From Candidatus Eiseniibacteriota bacterium (GTDB lineage Bacteria > Eisenbacteria > RBG-16-71-46 > CAVPCR01), in contig CAVPCR010000006.1 in assembly GCA_963702435.1 (NCBI GenBank), forward strand, positions 127,135-191,134: a stretch of DNA of 64,000 nucleotides, written 5' to 3'. Position numbers and translations under genes: made by a program. Shown here in pieces: positions 54,546 to 61,491 of this stretch. Every line of letters starts with the position of its first letter. Position 1 is the first letter of the stretch. The notes beneath the pieces are model-generated. The model ran no database searches. It saw only the letters and a list, made by a program, of their open reading frames with translations, and was not told where the DNA came from.

Positions 54546-55547
54546 TCACCCTCCATGCGATGGATCCCCGGCCGCCCCCGGAACCCCGGGTCTTGAGGTC
54601 CTGACCGTGGGCAGGACCCGGCAGCCAGCGCGGGATGGACGACACAGGTGGACAGGGTGATCCAGGCGACCAAGCGATGCGACGAGGGCCCGCGCCTCCG
54701 CCTCGCCCACGACCAACGCGTAGGCGGCGGATCCGCTGCCACTCATGCGCGCCCCGACGGTCACGCTTCTTCTCAGTTCCTCGAGAACCCCCGCCACCAC
54801 CCCATAGCGCCGAGCCACAACCTCCTCGAGGTCGTTGACCAGAGCGCGCGCGATCCGAGACCAACTGCGCTCGCGAATCGCGGACTCGAGCATGCTAGAC
54901 GACTGCCCCCGGGATGTCAACTCCTCTGCCGTCCTAGCTGCATATGCCCATTGCGTTTCCACCGGCACTCCGGGGGCGACGAGGACCACCCGGCAGGGCG
55001 GGAGCGGCGGCAGGCGGCGAAGCCGCTCACCACGGCCGGTGGCAAAGCAGGTCCCCCCGACCAGGAAGAAGGGCACATCCGAGCCGAGATCGGCGGCCAG
55101 GCGGAGGAGGGCGGCGGACCCGAGAGGTCGGCCGAGGAGGTGGTTGAGGCCGAGGAGGACGGCGGCGGCATCGGCGGAGCCCCCTCCGAGCCCGGCGGCG
55201 AGCGGGATCCGCTTCTCGAGATGGATCGCGATGCCGAACTGCGGCAAGGCCCCGCCATCCCGAACCGGGGCTCTGGCCCGGGCCGCGAGAAAGGCGGACG
55301 CCGCCTGGACCGCGAGGTTGGCCGGACCGACGGGCAAGGCAGCCCCGGTCACCGTGAGCGCGATCCCGGTCCCCGGCGCGACCTCGAGCCCGACCTCGTC
55401 GGCCAGATCGATGGCCTGCATCACGGTTGCGAGATCATGGTAGCCGTCCGGGCGCCGGCGGAGGATCTCGAGGGTGAGGTTCACCTTGGCCGGGGCGAGG
55501 ACCCGCACCCGGCTCGTTCCCTCGCTCTCCGGCCCCGCGCGCTCCAT
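54546..55547 (-). CDS. ispE: 4-diphosphocytidyl-2-C-methyl-D-erythritol kinase
   Basis: APAKVNLTLEILRRRPDGYHDL...LEKRIPLAAGLGGGSADAAAVLLGLN...MSGSGSA. Confidence 0.9.
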   Translation of the reverse strand: MERAGPESEGTSRVRVLAPAKVNLTLEILRRRPDGYHDLATVMQAIDLADEVGLEVAPGTGIALTVTGAALPVGPANLAVQAASAFLAARARAPVRDGGALPQFGIAIHLEKRIPLAAGLGGGSADAAAVLLGLNHLLGRPLGSAALLRLAADLGSDVPFFLVGGTCFATGRGERLRRLPPLPPCRVVLVAPGVPVETQWAYAARTAEELTSRGQSSSMLESAIRERSWSRIARALVNDLEEVVARRYGVVAGVLEELRRSVTVGARMSGSGSAAYALVVGEAEARALVASLGRLDHPVHLCRPSRAGCRVLPTVRTSRPGVPGAAGDPSHGG

Positions 55548-55570
55548 CGCTCTCGGTCGCCTCCGGCGCG

Positions 55571-56455
55571 TCAGTCGACGTACAAGATGAGGGCGACCGC
55601 GCCGAGCCAAAGGAGCGTGTTCAGGAGGAGCGGCCCGTCGGTCAGGAGCACCTCGGTCGGATTGCCGCCCGAGCGCCGTTCGAGCACGAGGTACGTGTAG
55701 CGGAAGACGCCGTAGACCACGAAGGGGATCGTGTAGACGAGGGCCGGGGACTGGAACCTGGCCAGCGTGGCCGGCGCGATCGTGTATGTCGCGTAGGCGA
55801 TGATTGTGGCGGCGGTCATCACGCCCATCATGAGATCGAGGAGCCGCGGCGAGTAGTCGGCGAGCGTACGGCGATGCGTGGCGGCCTTGAGATCGAGGAG
55901 CACGAGCTCCTGGTGCCGCTTGCCCGTGGCGAGGAACAGAGCGAGGAACAGGGTGCACACCTCGAGCCAGGGCGAGATCTGGGTGGTCGGATCGACGGCG
56001 CGTATGACCTCGACGCCGGCGATCGCGCGCAGCACGAAGCCGACGGCGATGGCGAGCACGTCGAGGATGATCACGCGCTTCAAGACGAGCGAGTAGGCGA
56101 AGATGAGCAGCGTGTACGCCGCCGCCGCGAGCGCGAAGCCCGGGGCGAGCCGCGCCGCGGCGGTGAGGCCGGCGGCGAGGAGCACGGCGGCGGCCGCGAG
56201 GCCGACGCCCGGCTTGAGCGCCCCCGAGGCCATCGGCCGGAGCTTCTTCTCCGGATGCAGACGGTCGCGTTCGAGGTCGAGGAAGTCGTTGATCAGATAG
56301 GAGGCGCTCGACACGGCGCAGAAGATCAGGAAGCCGCCCACGGCGCGCAGGAGAAGCACCGGGTCGGTGGCGTGCTGCGAGAAGATGAGGCCGGCGAAGA
56401 GGACCCCGTTCTTCACCCACTGCCGGGGCCGGAGACCGGCGAGGAGCGCTCGCAT
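55571..56455 (-). CDS. UbiA-family prenyltransferase resembling decaprenyl-phosphate phosphoribosyltransferase (DPPR synthase type)
   Basis: MRALLAGLRPRQWVKNGVLFAGLIF...SASYLINDFLDLERDRLHPEKKLRP.ASG, then 8-9 TM helices. The ATG overlaps the upstream stop (TGATG). Confidence 0.7.
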   Translation of the reverse strand: MRALLAGLRPRQWVKNGVLFAGLIFSQHATDPVLLLRAVGGFLIFCAVSSASYLINDFLDLERDRLHPEKKLRPMASGALKPGVGLAAAAVLLAAGLTAAARLAPGFALAAAAYTLLIFAYSLVLKRVIILDVLAIAVGFVLRAIAGVEVIRAVDPTTQISPWLEVCTLFLALFLATGKRHQELVLLDLKAATHRRTLADYSPRLLDLMMGVMTAATIIAYATYTIAPATLARFQSPALVYTIPFVVYGVFRYTYLVLERRSGGNPTEVLLTDGPLLLNTLLWLGAVALILYVD

Positions 56456-58149
56456 CAGCGCGCCTCGTGGATCGGCGGGCACACCGCGGGATCCGGCTCC
56501 GCGGACGCCGCGACGAGCCGGGACGCGCGGCGCGTCTCGCCCGGGACCGGGACGGCGTTCTCCGCGCCGCCGGTCAGCACCGGGCCGCCCTGCGCGCCGG
56601 CGAGCGCCCCCCTTCCGGCGAGCGCCCCCCCTGCATCGACCTGCTTGATCTGGTGCGCGACCTCGGCCGCCCACCCCACGGCGTTGGCCCCCGCCTCTCC
56701 GTAGAGGAAGCGCCGGGCGCTCGTTCCGGCCCCGCGCGCATAGCGCCAGAAGCTCCACGGCATGCCGACGATCAGGAACGCCACGAGCTTCCGGAAGTGC
56801 TCGGGAGTGTCGGCGAAGAGCTCGGTGCCGTCGGCCTCGAGCTCCTCGATGCGCGGCGCGACCGGCTTCAAGCGGTCCCGCCGGACGCCGCCCCAGAGCG
56901 CGGCGAGGAGCCGCGGCAGGCTGGCCAGCGGCCCGCTCGCTCCCTCCGGATAGAGCGCGATCGCGCGCACGTAGGGCGCGTGAAAGATGGGGTCCATGTC
57001 CACCTCGACGACCCACTCGAGACCGCCACCGCTCCGGGCGCGCAAGCGCTCGTGCTCGCGCGCCTCGCGATGGGCCGTCAACCGTGCGTAGTCGTACCAC
57101 AGCTCGCGATAGTGGGCATCCCCGACCACCCACTCGAGGCGGCCGGCGTCGGGACCGTCGGCCCTGACCCAGCACTCCACCCGTTCCCAGTCCCGCTCCC
57201 AGAACTTGAGGAGTTCGCCGGGCACGAGCGTCACGAAGCGCCACACCCAGTAGCGTTCGCCGCGGAGCCAGGCCGGAGCATGGCCGCGGGCGGCATAGGG
57301 GTAAGCCGGCGACGCGGGGTCGTTCACGTAGAGGAAGAGGGTCGGCGGCAGGCCGCGCGGGACGAGGAACCACTCGACGGCGAAGAAGAGGAGCACGAAT
57401 CCCAGCGAGAACCAGGCGAGCCCCGACACCGATTCCGGGAGCTGCCACAGATGCCGGAAGGCCACGATGGGGAGCGGCGCGACGAGCGCGGTGAGCGGAT
57501 CGCGGAGCAGCCCGAGGAGAAGGAGAGCGAGGAACAGGTAGAGCGCCCCCGTCAGGTGATCCCCGAGCGGCCGGAGGACGGCGAGGCTCCCGAGATGCGG
57601 CAGCACGGCGAGCGAGAGCCCGATGGCGAGGAGCCCGGCCAGGAGGAACTTGTACGTGGGATAGAAGAGGCTCACCGCGCACTGCGCGCCGCGCGGATCG
57701 ATGAGCCTCTCCCCCACCGTCCGGCCGGCCGCGGTCACCCGCACGCGCCCCGGTCCCGCCGGCTCCAGGTGGAGGCAGTGCCGGCCCATCACATCGTCCA
57801 CCGGGTGGCCGAGCCGCTTCGCGCGCCCGCGGACGAGCCGCATGATGTCGTAGACCACGCGGTAGGGCATGAGCACCGGCAGGAACACGAAGGCCAGGAT
57901 GTAGTAGCGGAGAGCGGGCAGGCGCGTGCGCGGGCGATCGATCGCGCGCCGGAACTGGCCGAGCGTCAGCCGCCCGCCGGCGAGCACGGCCGGCGACACC
58001 ACGCCTTCCAGGTTGAAGACGCTGGCCCAGTAGTCGCAGTAGAGAAAGGGGCCGAGCCCGGGAGTGTTTCGATCCACGTCGCGATCGCGGCTGCGGGGGC
58101 CCCGCCGCGCGGGCGGGGTGCCCTGGTACTCGGAGATTCCGCCGCTCAC
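56455..58149 (-). CDS. Hypothetical membrane protein (564 aa): ~5 TM helices + a ~300-aa Trp/Arg/Glu-rich soluble domain; no family recognised
   Basis: The GTG at 58149 overlaps the EamA-like stop (GTGA). Composition is not shadow-like: ...YWVWRFVTLVPGELLKFWERDWERVECWVRADG...HYRELWYDYARL... Confidence 0.6.
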   Translation of the reverse strand: MSGGISEYQGTPPARRGPRSRDRDVDRNTPGLGPFLYCDYWASVFNLEGVVSPAVLAGGRLTLGQFRRAIDRPRTRLPALRYYILAFVFLPVLMPYRVVYDIMRLVRGRAKRLGHPVDDVMGRHCLHLEPAGPGRVRVTAAGRTVGERLIDPRGAQCAVSLFYPTYKFLLAGLLAIGLSLAVLPHLGSLAVLRPLGDHLTGALYLFLALLLLGLLRDPLTALVAPLPIVAFRHLWQLPESVSGLAWFSLGFVLLFFAVEWFLVPRGLPPTLFLYVNDPASPAYPYAARGHAPAWLRGERYWVWRFVTLVPGELLKFWERDWERVECWVRADGPDAGRLEWVVGDAHYRELWYDYARLTAHREAREHERLRARSGGGLEWVVEVDMDPIFHAPYVRAIALYPEGASGPLASLPRLLAALWGGVRRDRLKPVAPRIEELEADGTELFADTPEHFRKLVAFLIVGMPWSFWRYARGAGTSARRFLYGEAGANAVGWAAEVAHQIKQVDAGGALAGRGALAGAQGGPVLTGGAENAVPVPGETRRASRLVAASAEPDPAVCPPIHEAR

Positions 58150-58589
58150 TGGCCGGCGATGGTCTCGACCTCGCCGCTCCGCGGCGCCGCCCCGCCCGGC
58201 CCGCCGTGCGCCTGATCGCTCGGCGGCGCGCTGAAGGCCAGGAGCGCCACGCCGCCGCAGATGATGCCGACCCCGATGATGCGGGCGATGCTCACGTGCT
58301 CGCGCAGGAGCAGCCATGAGAAGAATACCACCAGCACATAGCCCATGCTGACCAGCGGGTAGGCGAGGCTGAGCGGTAGCTTGCTCAGGATGAACAGCCA
58401 GAAGAGCGAGCTCACGCCGTACATGAGAAAACCGAGGAGCACGATCGGGGTCGTGAACAGCTTGACGTAGTAACCGATGGGGCCGGTCTCCTCCATGCTC
58501 AGGTTCAGGCGCCCGATGGCGTACTTGAGGATGAGCTGGCCGGCCACCGCCGGGGTGACGCTGCAGAGAACGAGCAGAATGCTCTTCAT
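58146..58589 (-). CDS. Small EamA/SMR-like 4-TM transporter (ArnE/ArnF-like size and topology)
   Basis: 147 aa: MKSILLVLCSVTPAVAGQLILKYA...LSLAYPLVSMGYVLVVFFSWLLLRE.VS..RIIGVGIICGGVALL. Confidence 0.7.
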   Translation of the reverse strand: MKSILLVLCSVTPAVAGQLILKYAIGRLNLSMEETGPIGYYVKLFTTPIVLLGFLMYGVSSLFWLFILSKLPLSLAYPLVSMGYVLVVFFSWLLLREHVSIARIIGVGIICGGVALLAFSAPPSDQAHGGPGGAAPRSGEVETIAGQ

Positions 58590-58592
58590 GAC

Positions 58593-59363
58593 TCAGGATC
58601 TCCTGGAACGCGTCGGCACGCGGGGAAAGAGCTCGGCCTCGATGCGGGCGCACAGGAGATGGCCGAGGAGCAGATGGACCTCCTGGATGCGGGCGGTGTC
58701 GTCGCAATCGACGACGAAGCCCAGGTCGCAGGTGGCCGCGAAACGCCGGCCGCGCCGGCCGGTGAGACCGATCGTCCGGATGCCGAGCTCGCGCGCGGCG
58801 GCGAGAGCTTTGAGCACGTTCGGCGAGCGGCCGCTGGTCGTGAGCGCGACGAGGACGTCGCCCGGGCGCCCGATCGCGCTGAGCTGGCGGGCGAACACGA
58901 ACTCGTAGCCGTAGTCGTTGGCGACGGCGGTCAGCGCGGGCACGCTGTCGTTCAGGGCGAGCGCGTGCAGCGGGGCGCGGTCGTAGTAGAAGCGGCCGGC
59001 AAGCTCGGCGGCGAGGTGCGCCGCCTCGGCGGAGCTGCCGCCGTTGCCGCAGAAGAGGATCTGATTCCCGCCGCGGAGGGCCTCGACCGCCAGCGCGATC
59101 GCCGCGACCAGGCGCTCCTCGTGCGCGCCGGCCAGCGCTGCGAGCCGGGCCGCCTCGGCGATCCCGGCCGCGAGCGCGGTGCGATGGGCGCCCTCGACCG
59201 CCCGGCCCCGGCTCCCCGTCCGCGAGGCGCGCTTCCGGATCACCGCGCCGCCTCGCCGAGTCGTCGCATCACCTTGCGGGGTCGCATCGCCTCGCCGGGT
59301 TGTCGCATCGCCTTGCCGGGTCGCATCGCCTCGCCGGGTTGTCCCGCCGCTTCCCCGCGTCAT
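58593..59363 (-). CDS. gmhA: Phosphoheptose (sedoheptulose-7-phosphate) isomerase, SIS domain, with an N-terminal tandem-repeat extension
   Basis: ILFCGNGGSSAEAAHLAAEL...ALNDSVPALTAVANDYGYEFVFARQL...VLVALTTSGRSPNVL...GLTG. The ATG at 59363 overlaps the upstream stop (ATGA). Confidence 0.82.
   Translation of the reverse strand: MTRGSGGTTRRGDATRQGDATTRRGDATPQGDATTRRGGAVIRKRASRTGSRGRAVEGAHRTALAAGIAEAARLAALAGAHEERLVAAIALAVEALRGGNQILFCGNGGSSAEAAHLAAELAGRFYYDRAPLHALALNDSVPALTAVANDYGYEFVFARQLSAIGRPGDVLVALTTSGRSPNVLKALAAARELGIRTIGLTGRRGRRFAATCDLGFVVDCDDTARIQEVHLLLGHLLCARIEAELFPRVPTRSRRS
59251..59345. repeat. Imperfect ~18-21-nt tandem repeats (GTCGCATCGCC(T)TGCCGGG...) coding (T)RRGDAT(R/P)QGDAT in the gmhA N-terminus
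   Basis: The repeats are directly visible at 59263-59340. Confidence 0.75.
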
Positions 59364-60295
59364 CGGTTCCCTCCCCGCGCCGGCGCCACCGCCGGTTCGC
59401 TCGTCGCGGCCGAGCGCCGCCGCCAGTCCGCCATGGACTCCGCGAGCGCCGCCGGCCACGGACGCGGCGGCACCCCGGTCCACCCGGCGAAGCGCGCGCA
59501 GTCGAGGACCGAGTAGCGGGGGCGGCGCGCCAGGCGCCCGTTCTCGGCCTGCGTCGTCGGCAGGATGCGATCGGGATCGAGGCCTGCCAGCTCGAGCGTG
59601 GCGCGGGCGAAATCGAAGCGGCTGACCCCACCCGTGTTGGCGAGGTGCACGATACCCGTGGCCTCCGCTGCGATGAGCGCGGCCAGGCCACGGGCGAGAT
59701 CGGCGGCCGCCGTCGGGCATCCGACCTCATCGGTGACCACGCGGAGGGGACGCGCCGGATCGGAGGCAGCCGCGAGGATCGCGTTCACGAACCCCTTCTT
59801 GCGGCCGTAGAGCCAACCCCCGCGCACGATGAGCGCGGCGGGGACGGCCGCGCGGGCCGCCGTCTCCCCCTCGAGCTTCGAGCGGCCGTAGGCGGAGAGA
59901 GGGCCCGGCGCGTCCGTCTCCACGTACGGCTCGGACTTCTCGCCGCTGTAGACGTAGTCGGTGCTCATGTAGAGGAGTCGCGCGCCGGTGGCGGCCGCCG
60001 CCGCCGCCACGTTCGCCGTGCCGCCGACGTTCAGGCGCGCGGCCGCGCCCATCTCCTGCTCGGCCTGGTCGACGGCGGTGTAGGCGGCGAGATGGACGAC
60101 CCAGTCCGGCCGCGCCGCCGCGATCGCCGCGCCGATCGCCGCCGCGTCGCACACGTCCACGAGCGCGCGCCCCGCGAACTCGCCCCCGGCCACCTCGTGC
60201 CCGGCAGCCTCGAGCACCGGCACGAGCGCGCCGCCGACGAGCCCGCCGGCTCCCGTCAGGTAGATCTTGAACCGCAGCATCGCGCCCTCGCCCAT
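59360..60295 (-). CDS. dTDP-4-dehydrorhamnose reductase-like NAD(P)-dependent sugar reductase (RmlD family)
   Basis: IYLTGAGGLVGGAL...VVHLAAYTAVD.AE...STDYVYSG....PY.E.D...PLSAYGRSKLEGE. The start is 60295 or 60280. Confidence 0.8.
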   Translation of the reverse strand: MGEGAMLRFKIYLTGAGGLVGGALVPVLEAAGHEVAGGEFAGRALVDVCDAAAIGAAIAAARPDWVVHLAAYTAVDQAEQEMGAAARLNVGGTANVAAAAAATGARLLYMSTDYVYSGEKSEPYVETDAPGPLSAYGRSKLEGETAARAAVPAALIVRGGWLYGRKKGFVNAILAAASDPARPLRVVTDEVGCPTAAADLARGLAALIAAEATGIVHLANTGGVSRFDFARATLELAGLDPDRILPTTQAENGRLARRPRYSVLDCARFAGWTGVPPRPWPAALAESMADWRRRSAATSEPAVAPARGGNR

Positions 60296-60302
60296 CCCGG
60301 CT

Positions 60303-61367
60303 CTAGACCTCGACCTCGCTCGAGTCGCCGATCATGAAACGGCTGGCGCGCGGCCGGCCCCGCCCCCGGGTGATGCGCACGTCCTTGCCGATCAGGCTCG
60401 ACTCGACACGCGTCTCGAGGTCGATGATCTGGCTCCGCTGGAGCACGATGGAGTGCTCGATCTCCGAGCCCTGGAGAGTGACTTCGTCGCTGAGCGCCGT
60501 GAAGGGCCCCACGTAGGAATCGATGATCCGGCAGCGCTCGCCGATGATGAGCGGCCCGCGGAGCACGCTCCGCTGGACGGTGGTGCCGGCGCCGATCACG
60601 ACCTGGCCCTCGATCCGGCTCTCGTCGTCCACCTCGCCGCGGATCTCCCGCACGATGTCGGAGAGCATCATGCGGTTGGCTTCGAGCATGTCCTCGAGCT
60701 TGCCGGTGTCCTTCCACCAGCCGGTGATGATGTGCGAGCGCACGTCGAACTTCTGATCGATCAGGTGCTGGATGGCGTCGGTGATCTCGAGCTCGCCGCG
60801 GCCGGACGGCTTGATGGCGCGCGCCGCCGTGAAGATCGTGCGGTCGAACATGTAGACGCCGACGAGCGCGTAGTTGCTCTTCGGCTGCCGCGGCTTCTCC
60901 TCGAGCCCGATCACCCGGTTCTGGGCGTCGAGCTCCGCCACCCCGAACTGGCTCGGGTTCGGCACCTTGGCGAGGAGGATCTGGCAATTGGGACGCTCGC
61001 GCCGGAATTCCTCGACGAGCGGCACGATGCCGTCGCGAATGCAGTTGTCGCCGAGGTACATGACGAAGGGGTCGTCCTGGATGAAGTCCTCGGCGATGAG
61101 GACGGCGTGGGCGAGCCCGCGCGGCGCGTCCTGCGGCAGGTAGGTGACGCGCACGCCGAAGCCGCCGCCGTCCCCGACCGCGGCCCGGATCTCCGCCTGG
61201 GTGTCGCCGACGACGATCCCGACCTCGGTGATCCCGGCGGCGTGCACCGCCTGGATGGCGTGGAAGAGGATCGGCTGGTTCGCCACCGGGACGAGCTGCT
61301 TCGCGCTCGTGTGCGTGATGGGCCGGAGCCGCGTGCCCCGGCCGCCGGACAGGATGAGACCTTTGAT
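60303..61367 (-). CDS. Sugar-1-phosphate nucleotidyltransferase, long RmlA-like form with a C-terminal left-handed beta-helix. The conserved N-terminus has no canonical start (ATC at 61367 after GGAGGG).
   Basis: The in-frame sequence upstream of the listed ORF reads D-I-KGLILSGGRGTRLRPITHTSAKQLVPVANQPIL (the G-x-G-T-R-x loop). The only ATG/GTG/TTG after the upstream TAG is the GTG at 61286, which would delete this loop. Confidence 0.75.
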   Translation of the reverse strand: MKGLILSGGRGTRLRPITHTSAKQLVPVANQPILFHAIQAVHAAGITEVGIVVGDTQAEIRAAVGDGGGFGVRVTYLPQDAPRGLAHAVLIAEDFIQDDPFVMYLGDNCIRDGIVPLVEEFRRERPNCQILLAKVPNPSQFGVAELDAQNRVIGLEEKPRQPKSNYALVGVYMFDRTIFTAARAIKPSGRGELEITDAIQHLIDQKFDVRSHIITGWWKDTGKLEDMLEANRMMLSDIVREIRGEVDDESRIEGQVVIGAGTTVQRSVLRGPLIIGERCRIIDSYVGPFTALSDEVTLQGSEIEHSIVLQRSQIIDLETRVESSLIGKDVRITRGRGRPRASRFMIGDSSEVEV

Positions 61368-61400
61368 GTCGCCCTCCGCGTCTCCTTGAGCCTGATCCTA

Positions 61401-61484
61401 CACTGGCCCTTCCGCCGGCACTGGCCCTTCCGCCGGCCGGGCTCTTCGTCCGGGCGCCGGCCGGGCTCTTCGTCCATGCGCCGG
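61401..61484. repeat. Two adjacent direct-repeat pairs in the alaS/rmlA-like intergenic region: CACTGGCCCTTCCGCCGG x2, then CCGGGCTCTTCGTCC(GG/AT)GCGCCGG x2
   Basis: Copies at 61401-61418 and 61419-61436 (exact), and at 61437-61460 and 61461-61484 (2 mismatches). Confidence 0.85.
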
Positions 61485-61491
61485 CCGCTCT

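Noticed and set aside
52867-56455. Functional link between prs (PRPP synthase) and the DPPR-synthase-like UbiA gene 1.8 kb away
   Set aside because: ispE-prs-rplY(ctc)-pth, often with spoVG, is a widely conserved housekeeping arrangement. The proximity is most simply explained by the glycan operon abutting that block.
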